This document shows, piece after piece, positions 41,277-50,706 of a stretch of 64,000 nt of DNA. Position 1 is the first letter of the stretch. Each line of letters opens with the position of its first letter. Under the pieces are notes generated by a model. The model had not been told where the DNA came from, did not search any database, and saw only the letters and a program-made list of their open reading frames with translations. A program made the translations under genes and the position numbers. The DNA comes from Chloroflexota bacterium (GTDB taxonomy: Bacteria; Chloroflexota; UBA11872; VXOZ01). The stretch spans positions 448,001 to 512,000 of the forward strand of contig OZ244922.1 of assembly GCA_965221905.1 (NCBI GenBank), in the 5' to 3' direction.

Positions 41277-42104
41277 ATGTTCGATCAAGCATTCAAGGAT
41301 TCCTTTGAGCAGAGCGGGTATACGGTAGCGCGGGGATTGTTCTCACCGGAAGAGGTTGCAGCGCTCACCGATCACTATATGTACTTGCGGCAAAACGGCA
41401 CGTACAAAGGGGACGCTGCCGGCGTGGATGTGCCGAATGGCGACCCAGCGGCCGATCCCTTGAGGAAGTTCCCTCGCATGATCCACATGCATCGCTGGGA
41501 CGACCTTAGTCTGAAATGGATGTTGGACCCGCGCTTTCGCGAGGGCCTGGCGGCGCTCTTGGGAGGAGACCCGTACGCCGTACAGAGCATGATCTACTTC
41601 AAGCCGCCGGGCGCGCGGGGACAGGCTCTGCACCAGGACCAGTTCTACTTGCAGGTGCAACCCGGCACCTGCATGGCCGCCTGGCTCGCGCTCGACGACT
41701 GCGACGAAGAGAATGGCTGTTTGCAGGTGGTGCCGGGCAGCCACATGTTGCCGGAGCTTTGCACAGAGGAGGCGGACACGGCCCAGAGCTTCACGGACGT
41801 CACCGTGCCTCTGCCGGAGCAAGTGCAGACCGCGCCGGTACTCATGGATGCCGGCGACGTGCTTTTCTTCAACGGCCAGTTGATCCACGGCAGCTTTCCA
41901 AACGCGACCGCCGACCGCTTTCGCCGCTCGCTCATCGGCCACTACATCATGGGCAGCGCCGAAAAGGTATCGAAATACTACCATCCGGTGCTGCGCATGG
42001 ATGGTAGCGTTGTAGGCCTTGGCACCAGCGAGCGGGGCGGCCCCTGCGGCGTGTGGGTGGAGGAAGACGGCCGGGCGGTAGTAGAAATGGCCGTCGGCGA
42101 GTAG
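41277..42104 (+). CDS. Phytanoyl-CoA dioxygenase (PhyH) family protein
   Basis: HQD, WLALDD..ENGCL..VPGSH, HGS..N..R. Confidence 0.93.
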   Translation: MFDQAFKDSFEQSGYTVARGLFSPEEVAALTDHYMYLRQNGTYKGDAAGVDVPNGDPAADPLRKFPRMIHMHRWDDLSLKWMLDPRFREGLAALLGGDPYAVQSMIYFKPPGARGQALHQDQFYLQVQPGTCMAAWLALDDCDEENGCLQVVPGSHMLPELCTEEADTAQSFTDVTVPLPEQVQTAPVLMDAGDVLFFNGQLIHGSFPNATADRFRRSLIGHYIMGSAEKVSKYYHPVLRMDGSVVGLGTSERGGPCGVWVEEDGRAVVEMAVGE

Positions 42105-42262
42105 GCGAGGCGCGTTCTATTGGCTGGGCCGTCTGGTATGGGCGAAGTGAGTGCGGCAACTCACTTCGGCCCAATATTGGCGTGACGGAAAACGGTTTAG
42201 AGCGCGATTGGCTCTCTCGTATGGCGGGTGGCAGCAAAAAAGAGTTCATTCCAGCGAATCTC

Positions 42263-42530
42263 CCGCTCACCCTTCGACAGGCTCAGGGCGAACGGCTTCG
42301 TATCTATTCCGATTTTTGGATTGCTTTTCTATTAAAAGCCAGTCTCTATCATTGGCTAGTTTAGAGAAAAGGGCGAAGTACACCTTCATCTAACTGCTAG
42401 TCTGGAGAAAAGGGCGAAATACACCTTGGTCAATTGTCTTGCCCTAATTGTTACGTGGGAGTATTCGTCCGGCATTTGCACTTGGGAGACAGCCTAACCG
42501 TTCGTGCTGAGCCTGTCGAAGCATGAACGG
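42263..42530. repeat. Family A inverted doublet downstream of the GIY-YIG gene, enclosing a 32-bp direct repeat
   Basis: Hairpins at 42263-42295(+) and 42498-42530(-); direct repeat at 42355-42386 and 42396-42427 (29/32 identical). Confidence 0.88.
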
Positions 42531-42555
42531 AAACGTGAGCGACCCTGGTGCTACA

Positions 42556-42861
42556 CTAATCGGACTCTTGTTCCGGGGAAGAACCGCGACTTCTCGCCAA
42601 CCGCGAAATCTCCTCCCAATCCCCTTGGCACAGTGCCTCTTTCTTCTTGCGTGACCAGCCTTTAATCTGTCTCTCTAGGGTAATTGCTTCCTCACGGCTA
42701 GGGAATTCCGCGGCGTAGACCAGTTGAACTGGTCGCCTTGTGGTCGTGTAGGAATCACCTGATCCAGAAACATGCTGGGCAAGGCGGGCCTCTAGGTCAA
42801 CCGAATGACCGACGTAGTAAGAATCATCAGCGCACTTGAGCATGTAGAGCCAGAAAGCCAT
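42556..42861 (-). CDS. Small stand-alone GIY-YIG nuclease
   Basis: WLYMLKCADDSYYVG..RLAQH..YT..RRPV.LVY..A..LE.QIKGWSRKKKEAL. Confidence 0.92.
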   Translation of the reverse strand: MAFWLYMLKCADDSYYVGHSVDLEARLAQHVSGSGDSYTTTRRPVQLVYAAEFPSREEAITLERQIKGWSRKKKEALCQGDWEEISRLARSRGSSPEQESD

Positions 42862-42913
42862 TACTACTCACTTTAAATAGAATCCCGGTAGTGATCTCAA
42901 GCTTCCAAGAACG

Positions 42914-43098
42914 CCGTTTACCCTTCGACAGGCTCAGGGCGAACGGCTTGTCTGGTTCCAGCCATTCATTCTCTGGTTCCAGCTATTCTTTCTAACTGTA
43001 ATACGAGAGAGAAAAAAACAAGATTCGGTGTCTCTCCCAAGGCAGGAGTCCATGCCGTTCTGAGGTGGCTACGCAATGTTCCTGCGAAGCATGAACGG
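42914..43098. repeat. Family A inverted doublet upstream of the GIY-YIG gene
   Basis: Hairpin at 42914-42946(+) and degenerate copy at 43055-43098(-); 21-bp tandem duplication at 42951-42992. Confidence 0.8.
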
Positions 43099-43130
43099 AT
43101 CACCAATGATGCCTACATTGCGCCTGCGCC

Positions 43131-44039
43131 CTACTGTGATCCCAGTTGCAGGCTGGCCCAAATTAGGGCCACGTAGAACATGAACGGACCGGTGAAGAGC
43201 AAGCTATCGATGCGGTCCAGGATGCCGCCGTGGCCGGGGATGAGGGTGCCGGATTCCTTAGTGCCCGCCCCGCGCTTGAGGAGCGATTCCACAAGATCGC
43301 CGAGTTGCGCTACTACCGCAACGCCAAGACCGACGAGGCCGGCAAGAATCGGGCTAAGCGGGAATGGGGTGAATTGTGCGTAGAGCGCCGCGACCATGAC
43401 CGCGATGAACGCGCCGCCAAGCGTGCCTTCCAGGGTCTTGCCCGTACTGAGATGTTGGAAGATGCGGCGGCGGCCGATGCTCTTCCCTACAAGATACGCT
43501 CCCGTATCGTAGGCCCAAGTGACGACAAGGGCGAAAATCAGCCACAGTTCTCCCCGCACATAGATGTAGTCGCGGAGGGCGACTGTGTGTCCTAGCAGCC
43601 AGCCGATGTACATCGCACCGGCGACCGCCATCGCCCAGCCCGTAAATGTTTGGGCATGATTGCTCGACCGGGGCAGCAGCAGTACCCAAAGCGTGCAGAG
43701 CACGATCACCGTAAAGAGGAGTGGCGGCAGTACAACCAGTTCCGCGTAACCCGCCCAGATTAAGCTGTAGGGCCATAGGAAGAAGCCGAGCGCTAGCGCA
43801 CCGGCAGTGATGCGGTGTACGGCAAGCCCCATGCTGCGTACGAGGTGGATATACTCCCACAGGGCAAGGCCGCCGAACGCCAGCATGCCGAACAGCAGCC
43901 AGGGATTGCCAAAATATGCTAACGCAATCAAGAGGGGCGCGTAGACAACCGAGGAAAGAGCGCGAGTCGCAAATTCCTGCCAGGGAGCACGTTGTGATAC
44001 GCGGCTTGATTCGCCGCGCTTACTGTTTTGCTTTGCCAT
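43131..44039 (-). CDS. cdsA: Phosphatidate cytidylyltransferase
   Basis: DTGAY..G, KTLEG, GDLVESLLKR..K.SG..IPGHGGILDRIDS; ATG at 44039 preferred. Confidence 0.95.
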   Translation of the reverse strand: MAKQNSKRGESSRVSQRAPWQEFATRALSSVVYAPLLIALAYFGNPWLLFGMLAFGGLALWEYIHLVRSMGLAVHRITAGALALGFFLWPYSLIWAGYAELVVLPPLLFTVIVLCTLWVLLLPRSSNHAQTFTGWAMAVAGAMYIGWLLGHTVALRDYIYVRGELWLIFALVVTWAYDTGAYLVGKSIGRRRIFQHLSTGKTLEGTLGGAFIAVMVAALYAQFTPFPLSPILAGLVGLGVAVVAQLGDLVESLLKRGAGTKESGTLIPGHGGILDRIDSLLFTGPFMFYVALIWASLQLGSQ

Positions 44040-44856
44040 TCTGGCTGTTAGTGAGGCCGTCGCTTCCAGCGAGACCGTCGCTGGGAGCGAGGCCGCCGCT
44101 AGGAGCGAGGCCGCCGAACTTGCGTTCGCGGCGGCTGTAATTCGCGAGAGCGGCGTAGAACTCTTTGCGCCCAAAGTCGGGCCAGAAGACCTGCGCGGCG
44201 TAGTATTCGGCGTACGCAGCTTGCCAGAGCAGGAAGTTGGATAGCCGCATCTCGCCGGCCGTGCGGATCACGAGATCAGGGTCGGGAAGATTACGAGTGT
44301 AGAGGTGCTGCGCGATTGTTTCTTCCGAAATGAGGGAAGCAGGCACCCCTTTTGCAACGATCTCCCGGACGGCATCGACGATTTCACCGCGACCGCCGTA
44401 GTTGAAGCCGAAGTTGATTGTTAGGCGATCATTGTCGCGCGTCGCCTCCTGAAGCTGATCAATGGCAACCTGCAACGATGAAGGTACGGCGTCACGCCGT
44501 CCGATGGAGCGGACCTGAATCTGGTTTTCGACGATCGCACCTTGTTCACGCTCGATTGTTTCTTCGAGCAGTGTCATGAGTCCGGTGACTTCCTCTTCGG
44601 GACGCGCCCAATTCTCCGTCGAAAAGGCATAGAGCGTGAGGATCTCGACACCGAAGTCAATTGCTGCCTCAGCCACCTCGCGCACGCAGCGCGCACCGGC
44701 GCGGTGGCCCTCCAAGCGCGGGAGGCCGCGTTGCGCAGCCCAACGCCCATTGCCATCCATCACGATGCCAACGTGAACGGGCGTAATGGGCAGAGGCGGG
44801 AAAGTCTCTGCTTCTTCGGGAGCTCTCTCCAGCGATTTAGGTGGGATTGGCTCCAT
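44020..44856 (-). CDS. uppS: Undecaprenyl diphosphate synthase
   Basis: MDGNGRWA, FSTENW, RTAGEMRLSNFLLWQ. Confidence 0.97.
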   Translation of the reverse strand: MEPIPPKSLERAPEEAETFPPLPITPVHVGIVMDGNGRWAAQRGLPRLEGHRAGARCVREVAEAAIDFGVEILTLYAFSTENWARPEEEVTGLMTLLEETIEREQGAIVENQIQVRSIGRRDAVPSSLQVAIDQLQEATRDNDRLTINFGFNYGGRGEIVDAVREIVAKGVPASLISEETIAQHLYTRNLPDPDLVIRTAGEMRLSNFLLWQAAYAEYYAAQVFWPDFGRKEFYAALANYSRRERKFGGLAPSGGLAPSDGLAGSDGLTNSQNGKAKQ

Positions 44857-44858
44857 GG

Positions 44859-45416
44859 TTAGATGGTCAAAATCTCCTGCTCTTTCTCGGCGAGCGCTGC
44901 GTCAACCCGCTCGATCTCAGAGTCGGTGAGCTTCTGCAAGTCGCCCTGCGCCCGGCGGATGTCATCCTCAGAGACACTGCTACTCTTCTGTTGCTTGCGT
45001 AATGCGTCTTGTGCGGTGCGACGGCTATTACGGATGGCAACACGGGCTTCTTCGGCACGCTGACGGACCAGCTTGGCCAGCTCCTGGCGCCTTTCTGCCG
45101 TCGGTTGGGGCAAAGCAATGCGGATGACCGTGCCGTCGTTTGAAGGGGTGATGCCGAGTTCCGACTTGAGGATTGCTCGCTCGATCGCGGGGATAGATGC
45201 CTTGTCCCACGGTTGAATGACAATGAGCCGGGCCTCCGGCACTATGATGGTGGCTACTTGGTTAAGGGGCAATTCCGTGCCGTAGCATTCGACGGGGATA
45301 TCCTCAACAAGTGCCGTAGTTGCCCTACCGGTACGGATGCGGGCAATGTCGCGCTGCAATGCCTCCGTGGCAAGACCCATCGCGATTTCCGTGTCATCAA
45401 GAATTGGCTCCAGCAT
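44859..45416 (-). CDS. frr: Ribosome recycling factor
   Basis: [25 protein letters not shown]. Confidence 0.97.
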   Translation of the reverse strand: MLEPILDDTEIAMGLATEALQRDIARIRTGRATTALVEDIPVECYGTELPLNQVATIIVPEARLIVIQPWDKASIPAIERAILKSELGITPSNDGTVIRIALPQPTAERRQELAKLVRQRAEEARVAIRNSRRTAQDALRKQQKSSSVSEDDIRRAQGDLQKLTDSEIERVDAALAEKEQEILTI

Positions 45417-46143
45417 CGTCCCTCTCTCCTATCTGGGTTCCTACTGGTTCCCCTTGCAGCAACTTCTCCAATGCACCGGGATGTTCCAGCTTGAACACCG
45501 CAATCGGGAGGCTATTCTCCATGCAGAGTGAGATTGCCGTGCTATCCATCACCCTCAGACCCATGTTGAGGGCATCGAGGTAGGTAAGGTAATCGAATTT
45601 CTTGGCTTGGGGATTATCAATTGGATCGCTATCGTACGCGCCGTCGACCTTGGTGGCCTTAATCAGCACTTCCGCGTTGATCTCCATGGCGCGCAAGGCG
45701 CCCGCGGTGTCGGTTGTAAAGAAGGGGTTCCCAGTGCCTGCGCTGAAGACGACGACTCGATTGTTTTCCAGATGGTCGATTGCGCGCGCGCGGACGTATG
45801 GTTCGGCTACTTCTCGCATCTCGATGGCCGTTTGGACCCGGGCATCCAGGCCTTCCCTCGAGAGGGCGTCCTGGAGCGCCAAGGCGTTTATGACGGTAGC
45901 CAGCATGCCCATGTAGTCGGCGGTCGCGCGGTCCATTCCCTGGTCTGCTGCCAACTCACCGCGCCAGATATTACCGCCACCGATTACGACCCCGATCTGC
46001 GTTCCAAGACGTCGGGCAGAGGCGATCTGCTTGGCGATGTTGCGAGCAATACCGAGATCTATGCCATACTCGCCTTTTCCCTTTCCCATAAGCGCTTCGC
46101 CGCCGATCTTGAGCAGCACGCGCCTATAGCGGAGCTTAGCCAT
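45397..46143 (-). CDS. pyrH: UMP kinase
   Basis: [29 protein letters not shown]; ATG at 46143. Confidence 0.97.
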   Translation of the reverse strand: MAKLRYRRVLLKIGGEALMGKGKGEYGIDLGIARNIAKQIASARRLGTQIGVVIGGGNIWRGELAADQGMDRATADYMGMLATVINALALQDALSREGLDARVQTAIEMREVAEPYVRARAIDHLENNRVVVFSAGTGNPFFTTDTAGALRAMEINAEVLIKATKVDGAYDSDPIDNPQAKKFDYLTYLDALNMGLRVMDSTAISLCMENSLPIAVFKLEHPGALEKLLQGEPVGTQIGERDDAGANS

Positions 46144-46215
46144 GGGTCCTCTCTGCTCGTGCAACGCTGGGTCTCCAGCGAGAATGGAAGAAGCCACGCT
46201 CTTGCCGCGTGCTTC

Positions 46216-46722
46216 CTACAGGCCTCGCTCGTAGCGACAGAAGCGCCGGACGACAACATTCTCGCCGGTCTTTACAATAGTCTGCTTAATGAGGTCCGCA
46301 ACAGTAATCGATGGATCGCGCACGAACGGCTGGGCCAGCAGCACCGTCTCTTCAGAGTTGCCCTCATAACCTTCCGGCAGATCTTCTTCGCTTATAAACT
46401 CCGGGCTCATGCCGGCAATGTGCAGCGTGATCTCATGTACGAGGTGCTGAAACTCATCTGTGCGGGCCACAAAGTCCGACTCGCAATTCACCTCAACGAG
46501 CACACCGACGCGTCCGTTGCCATGGATGTAGGAGTGCACCAAGCCCTGCGATGCCTCCCTGCCGGCGCGTTTCTCCGCCTTCGCCAGGCCCTGCTCGTCG
46601 AGAATCTTCTTAGCACCCTTGTGGTCGCCATCTGCTTCCTCAAGTGCTCGCTTACAGTCCATAATCCCTGCGCCGGTTTCCTCGCGCAGCGACTTAATGT
46701 CCGCGATCGTCACCGTTGCCAT
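46216..46722 (-). CDS. tsf: Elongation factor Ts (short form)
   Basis: LREETGAGIMDCK, EVNCESDFVA, GEN..VRRF. Confidence 0.96.
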   Translation of the reverse strand: MATVTIADIKSLREETGAGIMDCKRALEEADGDHKGAKKILDEQGLAKAEKRAGREASQGLVHSYIHGNGRVGVLVEVNCESDFVARTDEFQHLVHEITLHIAGMSPEFISEEDLPEGYEGNSEETVLLAQPFVRDPSITVADLIKQTIVKTGENVVVRRFCRYERGL

Positions 46723-46785
46723 TGCTTCGTATCTAACTCCCTCTAAAAAGTCGCATCAATTAGCAAAGTCGGTCTCGTTTGCATC

Positions 46786-47574
46786 TTATTCAGCGGTGTC
46801 CTCATCAGCCTGGTCGCCGACCTCGGCGTCAGGATCGGCAGCCACTGCCTCAATTGCTTCCTCGGCTTCTCGCTCAGAACTCTTGGCTGTGCGCAGTTGA
46901 GTACCGCTATGAACTGCATCAGCTATCAGACGCGTGATGAGACGAATAGACTTGATTGCATCATCGTTACCTGGAATTGAGAATTCCACCTGATCGGGAT
47001 CGCAATTCGTATCGAGCAAAGCGATAACGGGAATGCCAAGTTTCTGCGCTTCTGCTACTGCAATGTGCTCGCGCACGGTGTCTACGACGTAAAGAGCAGC
47101 GGGAATGCGGTGCATGTCCCGAATGCCATTTAAGAAACGCTGCAGTTTCGCCAAACGGTCTTGGAGGCGTCCGACCTCTTTCTTCGAAAAACTCCGCCAG
47201 GCGTCGTTTGCCTGTTCGGACTCCATCTCTTTCATTTTCGACAGGCGCTGGCTGATCGTAGCGTAATTCGTCAGCATGCCTCCCAGCCAGCGTTGGTTAA
47301 CAAACGGCATACCCACACGGGAGGCTTCTTGTTCGACAATGTCCTGGGCCTGCTTCTTCGTGCCGACAAACAAGATTTCGCGGTTATGCAGCGCAAGGTC
47401 GCGGGCAAAATCGCAAGCTTCCTCGAGTCCGCTTGCGCTCTGTTCAAGGTCGATGATGTGAATCTTGCTGCGCGCCATGTAGATAAAGGGCTTCATTTTG
47501 GGATTCCACCGATTGGTCGGATGCCCAAAATGCACGCCTGCGTCAAACAAATCTTTCAGACTCGCCACGGCCAT
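46786..47574 (-). CDS. rpsB: 30S ribosomal protein S2
   Basis: GVHFGH..WNPKM, RWLGGMLTN, DTNCDP, PGNDD. Confidence 0.98.
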   Translation of the reverse strand: MAVASLKDLFDAGVHFGHPTNRWNPKMKPFIYMARSKIHIIDLEQSASGLEEACDFARDLALHNREILFVGTKKQAQDIVEQEASRVGMPFVNQRWLGGMLTNYATISQRLSKMKEMESEQANDAWRSFSKKEVGRLQDRLAKLQRFLNGIRDMHRIPAALYVVDTVREHIAVAEAQKLGIPVIALLDTNCDPDQVEFSIPGNDDAIKSIRLITRLIADAVHSGTQLRTAKSSEREAEEAIEAVAADPDAEVGDQADEDTAE

Positions 47575-47692
47575 ACGATCACGACCCCTTCTGCACTCCT
47601 GTACCCATTAGCGGCCAGGTACACTGCTACTACACAAGTTCTTTCGGCCTACCACGCACTTTAACAAGGTAGGCTAAACTGCTACTCAAACT

Positions 47693-47722
47693 AGTATACC
47701 GCTTTCCCAACTTTCGCGGCAA
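47693..47722 (-). promoter_or_regulatory. Putative rpsB-tsf promoter
   Basis: TTGCCG-18 bp-TATACT on the minus strand, about 120 bp upstream of rpsB. Confidence 0.45.
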
Positions 47723-47862
47723 CGTGGATGTGATTGGTGCGGATGCTGTTTCCATCAGTTGTCCATATGGCTAAAGCCGGATGCGTGGAGAAACCTCTCG
47801 GAAATTTCGGCGGCAGCGCTACTTGACTGCGCCCGGCGCCGTCTATCTGCACCTCCTGTAAT

Positions 47863-49083
47863 TCATGTGCTTGGTTCCAGCCACTCTGCCGCCATGTCCG
47901 CCACAGACTCTCCAATGCGAAGCGAGGCTGTCGCTGCCGGAGAGGGCGCATTGAGGACGTGGATCATGCGCGGTTGCTGCACAATGTGGAAGTCTTCTAT
48001 AAGCCTTCCTTGCCGGTCTAGCGCCTGCGCGCGTACGCCCGCTCCGGCCCGCACCAAGTCTTGGCCCGTGACGGCGGGCACGAGCTTCTGCAACTCTTTC
48101 ACCATGGCATCTTTGTGCAGCGAACGGTACATTTCCCCAATGCCGGTGCGCCAGTAGCGCGCCGCCATGCGCCAGAAACCCGCGTAGCCCAAGATGTCGA
48201 GCGTGTCGCGGATACTGATGTCGCGCCAACGATAGCCCTGGCGCTTTAGGGCGAACACCGCGTTTGGCCCGACTTCGATGGCGCCGTTTATGCGCCGCGT
48301 GAAGTGAACGCCGAGAAAGGGGAACGCGGGATTTGATACGGGGTAGATGAGATTGCGTACCAAGAATCGCTTGTCCGGCACGAGTTCATAGTACTCGCCG
48401 CGAAAGGGCGCGGTCTTGAGCGGCGGTTTCAGACCGGCGGATATGCTGACGCGGTCTGCGAACAAGCCGCCGCAGGCGATGACGTGCCTACTCCGCACGT
48501 CACCGTGCGCCGTTTCCAATCGCAGCGCGTTCGGTTCTTCTACAATGGCGAAGACTTCACCGCCGGTGCGCACCTGGCCGCCGGCTTGTTCGAATAGCTT
48601 GCGGTACATCTGCGCTACAAGGCTATAGTTGACGATACCGGCACTCGGCACGTGGAGCGCTTGTATGCCCGTGGCATGCGGCTCGAGTTCCGCCAGTTCA
48701 TCGGAGCCAATCATGCGCACGTCCGGCACGCCATTGGCGTCGCCGCGGCGCGCGAGCTCTTCCAAGGCCGGGATCTGCGATTTCGCCGTAGCCACGATCA
48801 CTTTGCCGCAGCGGTCGAAGGGAATGCCGTGCTCCGTGCAGAAGGACATCATGCGCTTGGATCCTTCCACGGCCATCCGCGCACGGAGCGAGCCGGGACG
48901 GTAGTAGATACCGGAGTGGATTACGCCGCTGTTGTGGCCGGTCTGGTGCTGGGCAACGTCCAATTCTTTTTCGAAGACGGCGATGCCCAAACCGCTGTAG
49001 CGCTCGGCAAGGGTACGCGCCGTGGATAGGCCGACGATGCCGCCGCCGACAATAGCAATGTCAAGAATTGAATTTGCGCTCAT
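47863..49083 (-). CDS. lhgO: L-2-hydroxyglutarate oxidase
   Basis: GGGIVG, HQTGHNSGVIHSG.YY.PGS, FRGEY, PFLGVH, NAPSPAAT. Confidence 0.93.
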   Translation of the reverse strand: MSANSILDIAIVGGGIVGLSTARTLAERYSGLGIAVFEKELDVAQHQTGHNSGVIHSGIYYRPGSLRARMAVEGSKRMMSFCTEHGIPFDRCGKVIVATAKSQIPALEELARRGDANGVPDVRMIGSDELAELEPHATGIQALHVPSAGIVNYSLVAQMYRKLFEQAGGQVRTGGEVFAIVEEPNALRLETAHGDVRSRHVIACGGLFADRVSISAGLKPPLKTAPFRGEYYELVPDKRFLVRNLIYPVSNPAFPFLGVHFTRRINGAIEVGPNAVFALKRQGYRWRDISIRDTLDILGYAGFWRMAARYWRTGIGEMYRSLHKDAMVKELQKLVPAVTGQDLVRAGAGVRAQALDRQGRLIEDFHIVQQPRMIHVLNAPSPAATASLRIGESVADMAAEWLEPST

Positions 49084-49333
49084 CGTCGTATTGGGCTTCC
49101 TGCCAAATGTGCTGCGTGCCGCTGCATCAGATTATACTGTGCCCGCCCAAGGTAAGGGAGCCGGCGATAGAGAACCCGGCACAAGCATAGTTAGGGTATA
49201 GCAGTGCACTTCCAGGGGAATGGCGCTGAGGTTACAATTATGCCGCATTTGGGCATTGAACGTGATTGTGGCGGCTGGTAGTTACGCAGTGTGCTATACT
49301 TGCCGCATACGCTCTATAGGAGAAAAGTCTAGA

Positions 49334-50296
49334 ATGACTCTGCGAGACCTTTACGAAACTTCAATACAGCTCGGCATTGAGCTTGACGTGCGGGGCGAAG
49401 CCGCGCTCCAACGGCAGATGGCGCAGCGGCGCGTGGAGCATGAGGCCCTGCCCGCCTGGCAGCAGCCCTACTACGACCAGGAACGCTTTCGCAATCCCTT
49501 TGGCGACGTGCGCATCGTCAACGGGCCGGACGACGTGGAGCTGGAGACGATCCTGCTGGGCATCAACATCGGCATAGACGAACTGCTGCTCGCGGACCGC
49601 TTGCGCAGCAAGGGCACTAAGATCGATGCCGTGATCGCCCACCACACTACCGGGATCGGCGTTGCGATCTCTCTGGTCCATGACTTCATGCCGGTAGCTA
49701 TTGATTTCTTGGCCGGCGAAGGAGTGCCCCGCGCCGAGGCTGAAGAGTGCATCAACCGGAATATCGAGGGCAAATTGCAGGACCTCGAAGATACGGCGCG
49801 CATGGGCCCCGATACGGCGAAGCTGCTCGGATTCCCGCTGGCCTGCATTCACACTCCGGCGGACTACTATATCGGTGAGGGCGTGCGTCCTGTAATGGAA
49901 GCAGCGCAACCCCAGACCGTGGGCGAGGTGGTGCAGGCGCTGATGCACATTCCTGAGGTGCAGAGCGCCGCGCGCATCGGCGCCGAGCCGCGCGTGATGA
50001 GCGGCGAAGAGTCGTGGCCCGCCGGGCGCATGCTGCTCAAATTTGGCGGCGGCTACATTCTGCCCCCGGATGCTTACACGCTGCTCGGCAAAGCGGGTGT
50101 GAACACCGTGCTGCAGATCGGCTGCGCACCGGCGCACGCTCATGCGGCCCAAGCAGCAGGCGTGGCAATTGTGCGCATCGCCCACGCGGCGTGTGACAAC
50201 ATTGGGATCAACTTACTGCTGGATGAGGTTGAGCGCCGCATGGGGCCGCTTAATGTCATTCCCTGTAACTACTTCGAGCGAATCAAGCGCAACTAG
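49334..50296 (+). CDS. NIF3-like dinuclear metal-centre protein, paralogue 1
   Basis: NPFGD, AHH, CIHTPAD, HAACDNIG.NLLLD; ATG at 49334 by comparison with the paralogues. Confidence 0.8.
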   Translation: MTLRDLYETSIQLGIELDVRGEAALQRQMAQRRVEHEALPAWQQPYYDQERFRNPFGDVRIVNGPDDVELETILLGINIGIDELLLADRLRSKGTKIDAVIAHHTTGIGVAISLVHDFMPVAIDFLAGEGVPRAEAEECINRNIEGKLQDLEDTARMGPDTAKLLGFPLACIHTPADYYIGEGVRPVMEAAQPQTVGEVVQALMHIPEVQSAARIGAEPRVMSGEESWPAGRMLLKFGGGYILPPDAYTLLGKAGVNTVLQIGCAPAHAHAAQAAGVAIVRIAHAACDNIGINLLLDEVERRMGPLNVIPCNYFERIKRN

Positions 50297-50333
50297 AATT
50301 CGTCACAGAGACATATTGTTCTGTGCAAACCTG

Positions 50334-50455
50334 CCCTTCGACAGGCTCAGGGCGAACGGAAAAGGAAGAGACGCAAACGGAACAGCTAGGAATGTGAATG
50401 GAAGGGGAAAGTATCCGTTCGTGCTGAGTGCTGCGCGAAGCCCTTGTCGAAGCAC
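50334..50455. repeat. Family A inverted doublet with three degenerate 21-bp units in between
   Basis: 50334-50359(+) and interrupted copy at 50415-50455(-); units at 50352, 50373 and 50394. Confidence 0.8.
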
Positions 50456-50706
50456 ATGTCGGCATGTCGAGTTGCACTATTAGATAGCTTCTAGCATGAA
50501 TAGACACCTAGAATTTCGACGGTTTCGTATTGAGGGATAATTTAGCGAGACGTAATGGCTCTACATTACGGGGGCTGGCGCAGGTTGCAAACCTGCGCTA
50601 CCGTCGCCCTTATGCATTGAGACAGGTGTGTTGGGCTGCCAGAACCCTCTCATGGAAACTATCTGGGGAGGCAATGCAATTTCAGTCGTAGCGTGGGAAT
50701 TAGAAC

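Noticed and set aside
42355-42427. 32-bp direct repeat as CRISPR or IS end
   Set aside because: Only two copies 9 bp apart; no matching partner end or transposase
44040-44174. Long N-terminal extension of CdsA
   Set aside because: Alternative frame over the uppS repeat tail; ATG at 44039 gives a normal length
46216-46722. Truncated EF-Ts pseudogene
   Set aside because: Short EF-Ts forms are known in several phyla, and both termini look intact
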